In this document: positions 28,962 to 41,979 of the stretch, one piece after another
How positions within the stretch are numbered: position 1 is the first letter of the stretch
Layout of the letters: the number at the start of each line of letters is the position of its first letter
Assembly (NCBI RefSeq): GCF_009914755.1
Contig: NC_060937.1
Source of the DNA: the human T2T-CHM13v2.0 reference genome, Homo sapiens
Direction: 5' to 3' (one strand)
Length of the DNA: 64,000 bases
The notes under the pieces: generated by a model
Databases searched by the model: none
Told to the model about the DNA's origin: nothing
The model's input: the letters and a program-made list of their open reading frames with translations, nothing else
Made by a program: the position numbers and the translations under genes

Positions 28962-30911
28962 TTCTAGTAAATTTTAGCTGTCTATATATTCTATTAAACA
29001 ATTATTACATATATTGTGACCTTTTAGTTTTATACTAGTAGCACTTTTTTATTATGAAGTTAGTAATGCTGGTCAAAATGTTTAGGGTTTAATTTTGGTG
29101 ATATAATCATTCCTCCACATTTTTTGGTAGTCAATATGCAGTAAAATGAGGTAAATGCTATAGAATAGCAGACTTTAGAGACATATATATCTTTTATTTA
29201 ACAGTGTACTCCCATATCTAATCGTGTATTTCATACGAAACAGATTCTTAAATATTTGTTGAATTTTATATAAAATATTTTGGAGTAAGTGAATCAAGGT
29301 TTTCACATTTTCATGTAGTTCTTATGAGAAAAAAATGTACTCTAAGGTGAAAATAGACACTTTATCTGAATCTTATATCTTAATGATTGTGGGAAAATAT
29401 AAATTTAAAGAGATTTAAATTAAGAGTTTTTATTAAAATGATTACCTGCACATAGTTGGGCTTTTTGCTTATATCTTGACTTATAATTTGTCTATATTTT
29501 ACACAAGTTCAGAGTCTGAACTTGTTTGAATTTTTAAGTAAAATCTATTTTGATCGGAACTTCTAAAAATCTGCCTTAGTTCATTATTCTTCTTTGATAG
29601 CTTATAATGAGCTTTAAAATATAATTCATAAAAAATGCAGTTCTTTATGAAATGATATCATTGGAATGATTTTATATGTGCCTAAAGATTATCTACTTTA
29701 TTAAAACTTAATAAGAGTAGGCAGACTCAATGTAGAGTAAATTTCAGATAAGTTTTGGTTGGATGATATTGATGATGTTGGCTGAATTAATTTCTTCTCA
29801 CACAGTTATTTCTATGCTCCTTTCTGTCTGTTTCTGAATTGTCTTCTTGCAAATTACTTGCTTTATTTTTATTTCTTTGGGTATCTCTTTTTTTAGATTT
29901 TCTTTTAAATATGTCGTATAAAGTAGCACAGTGCTAGAAAGGCAGATTTCCATTTTCCTTCTTTCTCATGTATGAGAATATTAATTTGGTATTGATTTCA
30001 GAAGCCACAGTTGTATCTCCATAACAGTAAAACAATCACTGAAATAATAATAATAATATTATTTAGTAAACAAAAGAAAAATATTGGACTCAATTTCTTA
30101 TCTGAAATCAAGTCAATAAACCTGTATGTCAGCATCCTTCTACTACATTAAGGGAGAACTTAGTTGGCTGCTACCAAGATACAAATCTCACCGTTAGTCT
30201 GGACCGTAGTGATTTTATCATTTAACAATTGGGTTGAGGCACTTGCTTATCTAGTTTAAACTTTGCATTCAGTATTCTACTAGGTATAGACAAAGGGCTG
30301 TGGGATCAGAAAGGTGACAATTCTTCCAGGTAACCAACCTGGGATGGCAAGGAAGGTTTCAGAGGAGATTAGATTTGGGCTGGCTATAGAACACCGAGTA
30401 GGACTTTACAGAGAAAATGGTGGTGTGCACCACGGAGGGAAGAAATAGGGAACATAAAGTCTCTGAACATGAGTGCTCTATAATTGCTGGATATATACTT
30501 GAAAAGGTTAAGTTGGACCATGTGTGGAAAACTCTGTTGAAGAATCTAGTCTTTGCTTTGAAGGTTACATGGGGCCATCAGAGGGATTTGTGCAAAGGAA
30601 TTACACAATCATATGTATGTTTTTAAAAAGCAGATTATGTGGATTTTCACAGAAGACCCAAGAAGAAGAGTAGGTTTGTGAATACAGATGATGAATTTGT
30701 CGTGGGACATGTTTAATTGATCTGACCATGGAAAACACAAATGAAGGTATTCAGGCAATTGGAAATGAATATCTATTCTGGGAGAGATATACCATTTCAA
30801 ATTCAAGTTCTACCATTAATGCTCATGTATTGTGTGAATATTTCTATAGTATTTATATATGATTACTGTTTAATGCACGTGTTCAATAAATATTGATTCA
30901 AAACATTATGA

Positions 30912-31224
30912 TTGCCGGGCATAGTGGCTCACACCTGTGATCCCAGCACTTTGGGAGGCCAAGGCGGGTGGATTGCTTGAGGCCAGGAGTTCAAAACCAG
31001 CCTGGCCGACAGGTGTAATCCTGTCTCTACTAAAAATAGAAAAAAAAAAATCATCTGGGTGTGGTGGCGCATGCTTGCAATCCGAGCTACTCTGGAGGCT
31101 GAGGCAAGAGAATTGCTTGAACCCAGGAGACAGAGGTTGCAGTGACCCAAGATTGCAACACTGCACTGCCAGCACTCAAGCCTGGGGACAGAGCAAGACT
31201 CTGCCTAAAAAAAAAAAAAAAAAA
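30912..31224 (+). mobile_element. Alu (AluJ/S)
   Basis: Full dimer with A tail; TSD ending attatga. Confidence 0.9.
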
Positions 31225-31446
31225 TTATGAGGACACATAAGAAGCATAGTTAATTTTATTGTATTTGTGAAATTGTGTGAGTAGGAGGATGCCAATGTCA
31301 CAGATTTGGTGAAGTTTTCCTTGGACCTTGAAGAATGATTGGAAATTTACCTGATAGGTATATGATAATGACTGAAACAAAATTGGTAGTGATTTGTGGT
31401 AGTGGCTAAATAGAAGTTGTGAACTGAGGCAGCAAAATAATAAACT

Positions 31447-31634
<188 letters not shown>

Positions 31635-31699
31635 TTACTCTTTTTTACCTCTCTGTCTGCAATAAATTAGCCTTTCCTAATGCATTATATTTTAATTGT

Positions 31700-31962
31700 T
31701 AACTTTTTAAAAAATGTTGTGGATATATAGTAGGTGTATATGTTTGTGGGAGACATGAGATGTTTTGATATAGGACACAATGTGAAATAAGCACACCATG
31801 GAAAATGGGTTATTCATCCTCTCAAGAATTTATCCTTTTGAGTTACAAATAATTCAGTTACACTTTTTCACTTATTTTAAAATATACAATTAAGTTATTA
31901 TTGACTGTAGTCATCCTATTGTGCTACCAAACAGTACGTCTTATTCTATTTTTGGTGCCCAT
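31700..31962 (-). mobile_element. L1MA-type 3' end
   Basis: tatatagtaggtgtatatg...catgagatgttttgata...aatatacaattaagttattattgactgtagtca. Confidence 0.8.
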
Positions 31963-33689
31963 CCTAATACGTTATTTTTGATTTTTATCAGAAGCCACTG
32001 TATCTTATAAACTGTATTAGGGTTACATGCAAAAGGTTAATTCATCTCATAGTTGCCTTAGTATTAGTCATTTTAAAACTCCAATAGATACATGGTGAAA
32101 AAAGAATTGGAAATTGGTTACTATATTCTCTGATATTTTAAAAAGATATGTGAATTGTTATTTATCAGGAAAGAAAATGTGCCGACGCCAGAATATTAAC
32201 ACTTTATTGTCTAACTTTACACAAAAATATGGGACAGAAATTATCCACAATGAAAACAACGGAATGTTGAAATCTGAACACATATGCCAGTGTTTAGTTC
32301 ATCTTTTCTGAAGAGGCACAGAAGCCAATGAGGCACATTCAGGAAAATTACTTAAAATGTGAATTACTTAAAATTACTTAAAATGTGAATAAATTTGTCA
32401 CCATGAATACATATACCCTGAAACGTAGAAACTGGTTCTATGTAACTGGAATGCATTGCCCCTCAGGAATAATGCAACTGATGATCATGGCTTCCCACAT
32501 CTGTGTGTGAAGGAACAGTTCACCATATCCAGACCACACTGCTGATGGTACTACAGTTTGCCTCTTTCTCCCCACAGCCTGCATTATTGGAATCATTTGC
32601 ACATCCACCCATGAAAAAGATTAGAGCATTTATGCACATTGAAAGGTGACTGGAGTTCAGAAAATCTAGGTTCTAAAACCAACACTACTAATAGATAGAG
32701 AGCTGGCCTTGGGCAAATCATTTAGCCCCAGCATGCTTGAGTTTCCTCATCTATTAAATAAATTGAAGGAAGTCATGGATCCTTCTGACATTTTACCAAA
32801 AAAAATGTGTATTGGTATATTTTTCCAGGGATAGATCTGTGTTCTGCCAGTTATGGTTCTTGATTACAAACAACAAAACCAACTTCATTAAAAGGGATAA
32901 AAAATATTTTATTAGAAGGCTTTAGGCTCAGAATGCAACTTTGAACAATTAGCTCCTGCAGCAACCTGGGGAAGCAAGGCACTGCCAAGAACCAGTTCCT
33001 GCTGCCATCACTTCTGAATGTCAGCCACTGCAGGCTGAGCTTCAAGGCTCCCAGAATTGCTATGCTGTTGCATTTGCCACACTGCCCACAGACGTTGTGC
33101 CTTTGCTTTCACCCTCAAGAATAAAAGCCCTGACCAAGGGTGTCTGATGTGTGCCTGTTCTAGCTGCCAGGGTATAGGAAGAGGGAATATCGTTGAAGGA
33201 GGGACCCCTGCCTCCTGCTGAACCTGGGACTACCTCCAAGTAGAGATTAGTTGAAGGTCAGCCAGCACAACACTGTATTGCCATGTCTTTCACCAGATTC
33301 TCAAAGGGATCGTGACCCCATCATGTCAGCTAGAAAATATTATGAATCATTGCATTAGATTATCTTTAATTACAGCTCTGAAATTATATGATCCTAAATA
33401 CTAATTTTTCTTTCCCCCATCATCCACCAACTCAGAATTTCTTTAACAAGATACAAGTTCAGCAACAGAGTGACTAACAACATTGCAAGGTCAGCCCTGA
33501 AGCATCTTGTGATTATTTCAGTGGGTGTGTAATTATGATGGTTGGGCTAATGACAGGGAGTAACAGATGTCTCGGAGCACTGTCACCCAAGCAAATTTCT
33601 GGCAAACCAGTAGTGATTCCTCAAACAAAAGAAATTTACTTTCTCATATAGCCTTCCGGTGCTGCATTAGATGTACATTAAGATACAAT

Positions 33690-33922
33690 GTGGTTTAATG
33701 GTTAGTTGTGCAAACTTTGAGGTTAATGAGAATGGATGTAAATTTTGAATCTATTTCTTCCTAGCTGGTTCACCATTGGAAAGTTACTTGGCCTCAATAT
33801 GTCTCGGCTTCCTGTTTAGTAAAATGATTGTAATGATTCTAGTCAATGTGTGGTGTTGGAAAATGAAATGATGTCATGCAGGGAATGATAGTGTTTGACA
33901 CATAGTTACCACTCAATAAATC
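33690..33922 (+). mobile_element. MIR
   Basis: tggtttaatggttag...ttggaaagttacttggcctc...gtaaaatg...gacacatagttaccactcaataaa. Confidence 0.65.
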
Positions 33923-34575
33923 ATGATGAAAGTCAGCATAATGGGACTAGTTAAGGGGTTCCCAAACGATGAACCAAATTCATTGCAAAAATATTTATAA
34001 TTTTAAATTTTAAGACGAGGATAATAAAGATATTTAGGTTATGCTCTTTGACATAGGTTCTATGCTAAAATGAGTTCTATGAACTATAAAATTGACTACA
34101 AATAGTCACTAAAATAGCACATTGAAATATTACCTATGACCACTTTTTTTTTCTCATGGAGCAGATAGACCCAAGATTAAAACATTTTAAAATGGCCACA
34201 TCATACTAAATTATGTCAGTATATATAATGTATTATGTTATGTTCAAGGAATCATCAGGATAAGTTGTATATGAAATAGCCAGAGAGTTTTATAATGGAT
34301 TTATTCAAAAATGAATGAAACAAAAATTAGAGAATAGCAAATGTGAATGACTTCTGAGACAGCAACTGCCACTTCCACTCCAGACCACCACGGAATTTCT
34401 TCTTGAACTTCAGCTTACCTTAGGGAGGTTGGAAATGTGTATTTGTGTAACTATTATCAGGCACAGACTGGAACTATTCTAGGAGATTTGGGTTTAATAG
34501 TGTGCTCGCCTCCTTGAAAGCCTTAGTGATTCCGGGACTCTCCTCATAAGTGTGCACTTTCTTTATACTTTCCAG

Positions 34576-34692
34576 GTAAATGTGAATGTGGCAAATGCAC
34601 CTGCTATCCTCCAGGAGATCGCCGGGTGTATGGCAAGACTTGTGAGTGTGATGATCGCCGCTGTGAAGACCTCGATGGTGTGGTCTGTGGAG
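34576..34692 (+). CDS. ITGBL1: ITGBL1 internal coding exon (fourth from last; probably exon 8), 117 nt, phase 1-1
   Basis: Acceptor ctttatactttccAG ends at 34575 and donor GTagta starts at 34693. Translates (G)[38 protein letters not shown](G), an integrin-beta Cys-rich EGF-like repeat. Not shown in this frame in the ORF track. Confidence 0.97.
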
Positions 34693-35442
34693 GTAGTAAC
34701 CTTTCTCATAGCTGTATGCTACCTGCATGCAACTTGCTTTACCTGCCTTTGTTATTCTACTGACTCTTGCTTTTTCAATTGCTGTTAAAAATAAGATAAA
34801 CAGAAAGCAATATACCATTGAACCTAAAAGCAATATACAATTAGGTTTGTAATGACTTTTATTTCCCTGAACTCTTTATTTAGCAGGTATGTGAAAGTAC
34901 GCAGTACACTATCAATAAAAGATCATTGAATCTAAGTACTAAGATACTTTATGATCGTGAAAGGTTTTGGGGCAAGTCAGCATTTTAACATGATTTTCAT
35001 TACTTTATTTATAAACACTGGTAGGAGAAAGTATAATATCACCCACAAACTTGAAAAAATGGAGTAAGATTACTCTTAGAAATCACAAGAGGTATACGCT
35101 CAGATTCTATGATGCCTCTCATACCCAAACAAGAGCTCACTGGCATTAATAAACTGTCCAGAGAATGAGTGAGGCAGATAGAAGGTAGTGAGCAGAGGTA
35201 ACCCACAAAAATGAGAGTCCCAGGAGTAGAGTGCTGATCCGAGCACCTCCATGGCTGGGAATGTGGGTCAACATTATTCTTGCATTGCATTCTTGAAAAA
35301 GTTCATATCGCTGAGGCTGATGCATGTGAATTACAGATCTTTCCACGTTTCCAGTATAAATGAAGTGATGTGGACATGGAATTACATTACAAGAAAATAA
35401 TTATATCCCTTTATTGGGGGAAAGAAACAGAATGTGTGTCTT

Positions 35443-35556
35443 TTCTAACTTTTATTTTAAGTTCAGGGATGCATAGGTAGGCTTGTTACATATGTCTTAT
35501 TGGAGGGTGGAGGGTGGGTTGAGGGAGAGGATCAGGAAAAATAACTAATGGGTAGT
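35443..35556 (-). mobile_element. Tiny 5'-inverted L1PA 3'-end insertion
   Basis: Antisense L1 tail (35443 to ~35492) joined to sense L1 3' UTR (ggagggtggagggtggg...aataactaatgggtagt). TSD agaatgtgtgtctt / agagtgtgtgtctt. Confidence 0.8.
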
Positions 35557-35587
35557 AGAGTGTGTGTCTTAATGGAAGGCTGAGGCA

Positions 35588-35603
35588 CCATCCATCCATC
35601 CTA

Positions 35604-35665
<62 letters not shown>

Positions 35666-35700
35666 ATCTATTATCTGTGTATCTATTATCTATCTATATC
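35588..35700. repeat. Compound tetranucleotide STR (CCAT)3...(TCTG)3(TCTA)12
   Basis: Read directly from the sequence. Confidence 0.95.
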
Positions 35701-35812
35701 AATCATCCATATGCCTGTTCTCTCTCTAACCAACGATAAGACATTTGAAACCTGACAAAAAAATACTTTCTTCTTTCCTTTCTCTGTGAGTTGAGGGGAA
35801 AAGCCCTTTTAA

Positions 35813-35942
35813 CCTGTTAATGACTGAGGTTAGACTTTTTTGAATTTTTGCAGTCAGACCTTGGTGATGACCTGGAGCAGTAGGATATAAAAAACTCCCA
35901 CATGCTTAGCGTCCCAATAATGGAACACCAGGCATAAATTCG
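35813..35942. mobile_element. MER85 piggyBac-derived MITE
   Basis: TTAA at 35809-35812. Body ctgaggtt..ttttttgaatttttgca.tcagaccttgg.gatgacc..gagcagtaggatataaa.aactcccacatgcttagcg matches MER85. Right end ggcataaat followed by degenerate taaa. Confidence 0.88.
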
Positions 35943-36406
35943 TAAAACATCTGCTGTGCTGGGCAGTTTATCTTATGCCATTGTCATGGCAGCCACCCTA
36001 AGAGATTGTTTCTACTATTTTTTCTTTCATAAATGGAAAATAGAGTGAGGTTGGAGAAGTTAACATCCCATAACTAAAATGTGGCAGACCCAGAATTTCA
36101 GCTCTGATATTTAGTTCACAGATCGTTCCTTATGTCAGTCACAGTTTTCCCTAGAGTGACACCAACGTGTTTTAACAATATGTCAATATTATTCTTAGGT
36201 TAAATCCTCTGTTCACTGGTATTAGTTAACCAGAAATACCTATGTAGGTTTTACTCTTTTTGTTTGTTAAGGACATGACATATATTAACTCATTTATTTA
36301 TCATAGCAATATGTATGTATGTATATATACGTATTCATGTATAAAAAGCTTGCCTGGCCCCTTGAAAGTGCCATCTACATGTCTCTGCTCTTGTTACCAT
36401 TGTTAC

Positions 36407-36720
36407 TTTTCTTTTCTTTTCTTTTCTTTTTTTTCTTTTTGAGACAGAGTCTCACTCTGTCACCCAGGCTGGAGTGCAGTGGTAGAAGCAGAGCTCACTG
36501 AAACCTCAAACTCCTAGGCTCAAGCAATCCTCTGGCCTTAACTTACTGAGTATCTGGGACTACAGGCACATACCACCACAGCTGGCTATTTATTTTTTGT
36601 GGAGATTTGGGGGTCTCACTAAGTGGCCCAGATTGATCTTGAACTCCTGGGCTCAAGGGATTCTCCTGCCTTGGCCTCCCAAAGAGCTGGAATTACAGGT
36701 GTGAGCCACTGAGCCTGGCC
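36407..36720 (-). mobile_element. AluJ
   Basis: Diverged antisense dimer with ctcctgggctcaag and a (CTTTT)n tail. Confidence 0.9.
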
Positions 36721-36929
36721 AGAAATGGCTTTTGTATGTTTTTTCTGTCTATTTGTTGCTTTGGAGTAATCTCAGTCTCTTCCACTTTCATATTTAGGTC
36801 AATGTCTCTTGAAATGATTGATCAGCAATCAGTCATCCTTGGCTTTAGATTCTTTTCAATTTCTAATAAAAGATTTTCATATGGGAATTCCTCCAAATTA
36901 CGCATGGTTTAAACTGAAGTAATTATTTT

Positions 36930-37690
36930 TTCATTAACTAAACAAATATTCATTGAGTGTCTACTATTTGCCAGCACTAGACATTCAGTGGTGAACATAG
37001 AGCATTTGCTCTCCTGGAGCTTATGGTTGAGCGTGAAGGGAGGACATTGAGAAAGGAATGAAAAGGAGCTGAGTGATCTGAAAAGAGATTTGATTCAATG
37101 GGAATATACATAACGGGGATTTAACATAGGCTGAAGGCTAAGAAAGACTTCTCTAATGCCTTCATATCTGGATAACAACTATGTAATGCAGACTATGTGC
37201 TTTACAGGTATTAACTACACCTCACAACAATACTTGGTAGTAATAGGATACATGGAACTTGGCCAAGTAGGGGAAGTGGGGTACAGTCAGAGAGCAGCTT
37301 GTGCTCAGTTGTGTGGGAGAAAAGAGAGTGTGTGACGTGTGCCAGGAACATTTGAGGACCAGAGAAAAACCCTGTGTGATTGCAGATTAGAAAACCAAAG
37401 GGAAAAGAGTGTGACGTGTTTTGTAAACATGTTAATAACTTGAGGCTTTACTCTAAAGGTGACAGGAAACCAAAGGAAGGGCTTAAACAGAGCTTAAACA
37501 TGATCACAGTGTTTTAAAAAGTACTTCTGGTTGTCAGATGGAGTATGGATTGCTCCAAGGACTATGTGTGTTTGTGGGTTGGTAGGTGAATCTGGATGTT
37601 AGGAGATGAGCCCTGGTGAGAGATGAAGGTGCCTTAGCTGGATGGAAGACAGTAAAGGTGGAGGATCTTGAATGTGTTGGAGAACATGTT
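36930..37690 (-). mobile_element. L2 fragments
   Basis: aacaaatattcattgagtgtctactatttgccag...ctcctggagcttatgg and ggctttactctaaaggtgacaggaaacca motifs. Confidence 0.6.
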
Positions 37691-40600
37691 AGAAGCAGTG
37701 GGGTCAAGAGACTAACAAAACCCTTCACCCTGCTGCAAGAGACTCCAGCACTCTGTTAAACTCCTAGCTCTGGTTCCCTGGCAACAGATGAAGATGGTGC
37801 ATTGCAGTGTTAACAAGCAACATTGCTCATGGTCATAATGATTTATGATTGATAAGTTTCAACTACATTGGAAGAGATGATGAATTGAACTATAAGCAGC
37901 TGATGGGAACCTCATGCTTTTGGATTTCATAAGTGTCATAACTCTGCCAACAGTCTTGTCCCTTGTGGGCTCCTTGAAAGCTGTTTACGGAATCATCGGG
38001 AAAGATTTTGGCTCCTGTTGGGCGTGCGACTTCTTCTAAGCCAGAAAAGCCTCAACATCTGTGCAGTGTGGATCTCATCTCTGTGCATATGGGCTGTGTT
38101 ATCCCAAGAGAAAATAGTCCCCAATTATATGAGTTCATCCTCATGAACTCCTGCAAGAACTCCCATGGGTATATCCTGGTGCCTGACAGTGCCTGCTGGT
38201 AAGATGTGGCTCCTGTCCCACAGCCTTCAAAGGAGACTGGTGGCAAGTGTCAGCCTGAGAGCTTAGTTGAAACTTAGAGCTCCCTCCCCAGAGTACAAGC
38301 ATATTTAAGGAAATTCATGATTGCACAATATGAGGGGCAGGGTAGGATCAAGGATGACACCAGGTTTCTGTTTTGAGCAACTGAATGGTGGAGGAGACTA
38401 TGCTTGTCTTGACCAGTTGTCTCCATTTCTTGAAAAATTGGTTTCTTCACAGAGAGCAACAGAGATGGAGAAACTTGGATATGTTGCTCCCTTTGGAACA
38501 TATCCCTTGGGTATGTTAGTTCCCTCTCCTAGTCCTTATTGTCACTTCTCCTTGTGAATAACTTATTGTCTTTCCATTCTTCCATGATTTTTCCAAATTA
38601 CCTCCTATAGGAAGCCTCTCTGAAATGATGTCCTACTTCCTCTATACCGCACCACCTGCATCGTAGTGTGATGAAGTTGTATCGAGAGTGTCCCTGTGTC
38701 CCTTTTCTTTAAGTCTACAATTCTCATGGATATAATCAATCTCTCTCTCTCATTATCATATGCTCAAAGCTAGGATAAAGGTTAGTGCTCAATATTTTTA
38801 TTTGAATAAATGATCAAGTAAAGGATTCACAATTAAGGAGAATGAGAAAGGAAGAACTATTCCAGTTTTGGATACAGGATTCTTCAAGTTGAGGTGAGGA
38901 TGTGATTTGGACCTTGAACAACTAGTATTTAGATGTGCAGAAATAGGATGTGAAGAATATTTTAGGCCTGGGAAAGCTGGGCAAAAGCACACAGGTGAAA
39001 AGTTATTTATTAGATATTGAAGGAAAATATCGATTTCATTTTTTTTTTTTACATCAAGAGCTCTTTCTCAGCTGCTTCTGTACCCATCATTAGAAAGGAT
39101 TTTTTTCACATATTACTTACTCATGTATTATTTATAATATATATTATGTCACCTTCATTTCTTATACTTGGCTCATCTTTAGATATCAGGTCTTTAAAAA
39201 TATTGTTAAATTGGTGTTTTTGCTTTCAAAATTAAAAAAATATATAGAGAGAAATGGAAACCACAAAATAAAAATCACCCATTAATTGATCATCCTAGAA
39301 TAATATCTGATGACACTATGTTGTATTTCTTCCTAGGTATTGTTTCTGAGGAGTAAAATTATTTTCAAAATATAAATTCATAAATCTTCTTTGGGTATTT
39401 TGATATTTTGTCTAGAGAAAGTCCACATTGTATGGTATCCTCAGTTGCTTTAATGTACATGGTGTGCACTTTGTTGCATTTTTTCATGTAAGATTTAAGT
39501 GAGAAGAAGTAACCATTTTCTTTGGAATTAAGTGAGGCAGTGCCATATAGCAAGACGAATGGGAACCCTGTATTCAGACAGACCAGGATTTTAATTCTGG
39601 GTCTATTTCCTGCTTATTGTAGTAACTTGGACAGGTTGTTTGTCTTCTCTGCTTTGGTTTACCTATGTATTTGTTTGACCTGTCTACCTTGGTTTACTCC
39701 TATATACAATAAGGATAATAATCCATTTGGCTTTATGGAAAGAAAGAGACATAAAGACGGAAATGTGCCTGGTACTATGTGCCAGTGAATATTTGATGAA
39801 TGCCCTGTATCTGTAATAAAAATAAAAGATTGTAGTGGCCATCTGCATTACAGAACAAAATAATACATCTGTCTCAGGTATCTGGAAGCACTAGCTGCAG
39901 AGCGTTTTGCAAGGAAGTTGGACTCACACAAATCAGCAGCTCTGTACCTCGGGGAGGAAATTGCAGCTGGTTTTTCCAAAGCAATTAGTCCCCCCCATCA
40001 TCTCTCCAGTGGAGAACAAATCTTACTAATATGAGAATGTGAAACACACAGACATCATCCCTCTGTTATGGCTTCAGAGAATAACAAAATAAGAGAGTCA
40101 CTCATTTTGGTAATTTTTTTAGTTCTCCACCAGACACTAAACCATAAGATCTGTGGCCTTTCATATGGAGAATATAAAACCTATATATCCAACATGTGGC
40201 CAGAGAGTAAAATATGGTACTTGACTGCAAAATCAGGGACTGTCTTAGCATTTTAGCAAACAAGCAAATAAGTAAGATAAAAAACATGTATAAACTTAAC
40301 TGATCAGCAGATGCATGAGCACTAAGAGCCAATAGTGTTTATCCCCTTTCCTACCAATAACACTAAAGATGATTAAACCAATTCTGATAGGTTGGATAAA
40401 TTAGCAATTGTACCTGAAGGTGAATGTAACTAATTTCATAATTTTTACAGTTCAGTTTTGATTACACCAAAATTACAACCTGGAAAAGAGTCATGAAAAT
40501 GACTAGCAGAAAGAAAATCAGCATGAAGTGAGATCGTTCTTCATTTAATTAACTTGTGAGTCATGTTCAATCATCATAGACTGTCTGTGGATGTTCTCAA

Positions 40601-41364
40601 AACATCTTTATTAAAAGAAGATGTTATGCAACCTATGCATGCATGGATTTATTATCAGATAAGTCACTATTTATAAAAAGCATGACTTGTCCAGTGATAG
40701 TTCGTAAGATTTATTTATTTTATTGGTATATCATTTTAAGATTACACAAGTGAAATATATTCACATACTGGCACATGTGTGTTTAATTGTTTAGCCTAAT
40801 ATAAGTTAAATCAGAGACTTCCCTCCTGTGTGCCATATACCTAGGGTGAGAATAAGAACTAGGCTGCTTATTGCTTTTCTTCTTTCCTCTATACTCCTGG
40901 AATAGCTACCCATGAGTCCAATTTAAAAAACAAGAAGGGATAATGAAGAGCCACCTCTTAATTACACAATCAGTTCACATTTCTTCAGGGAGTTCTCTAG
41001 TTCATCGCTGCAATTTGAAGGAGATCGTGCCGCCTGAGAGTATGAATTCAGTGACTCCCAGGCACTGATGGATTTCTTGTATGAGGAAGAGATCAGATCA
41101 CACACTCAGACTAACCCTTTCTTAACTGAACAATACAGTCAGAATGTGATTGTCTCCAAATTACATCTTAAAATTGCACACCTGTTTCGTGAATTTGTAA
41201 GAGGATCAGTTAGTCCTGTGTTTGGCTGAAGGTGATAGACACAAATACTGAGTCTTCAGGTTGTCATTCCAGGGTTGGATGGTGAGGCGACTGCCTGAGC
41301 ACCACAGTGTCCCTGAACCCCATCTCTCTCTTCTGCTCTGCCCTTCCAGTATGACGTTTATCAT

Positions 41365-41711
41365 TGTTATGGTTTGGCTGTGTCCCCACGCAAATTTCAT
41401 CTTGAATTGTAGTTTCTATAATCCCCAAGTGTCGTGGGAGGGACCAAGTGGGAGGTAATTGAATCACGGGGGTGGTTTTCTCCATGTTATTCTCATGATA
41501 GTAAGTTCTCAGGAGATCTGAAGGTTTTATAAGGGGCTTCCCCCTTCACTCGACTCTCATACTTCTTCTTCCTGCCATCATGTGACGAAGGACATATTTG
41601 CTTCCCCTTCCACCATAATTGTAAGTTTCCTGAGGCCTCCCCAGTCATGCAGAACTGTGAGTCAATTAAACCTCTTTCCTTCCAAATTACCGAGTCTTGG
41701 GCAGTTCTTTA
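41365..41711 (+). mobile_element. THE1 (THE1C-like) MaLR LTR, 3' end clipped
   Basis: tgttatggtttggctgtgtccccac...gaactgtgagtcaattaaacctctttcctt...ggcagttcttta. Confidence 0.9.
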
Positions 41712-41979
41712 AACACAGATGTTGTTATCAATGAATGGTCCATGTAGATGATTCTCCAACAGTTCCACCACTCCTGGGTGTTCCTCTTACAGGTCTAAGT
41801 GGCAACACAGTCGTGTTGGTGAGACAAAAGATGAATAAAACTACTTCTATGGTCTTATTTTTTAAACTCAAATTTCCAGGAACATTCCACTTAGTAGACC
41901 TCCAGTATGGGACACGCTCCTTTGTCATTTCATGAGACAACGCAATCTTAGTTTTCTCCTTCCTTACTGAATGTTCTTG

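Noticed and set aside
32345-32390. Short nested duplication aattacttaaaatgtg
   Set aside because: Ordinary slippage in AT-rich DNA.
32850-33270. Possible ancient MLT1 remnant
   Set aside because: Only weak motif similarity; boundaries not supportable.
34474-34833. 119-aa minus-strand ORF and 78-aa plus-strand ORF over the first exon
   Set aside because: Antisense and off-frame shadows of the real Cys-rich exon.
37687-38290. GC-richer block that may be an old LTR inside L2
   Set aside because: Family and termini could not be identified reliably by eye.
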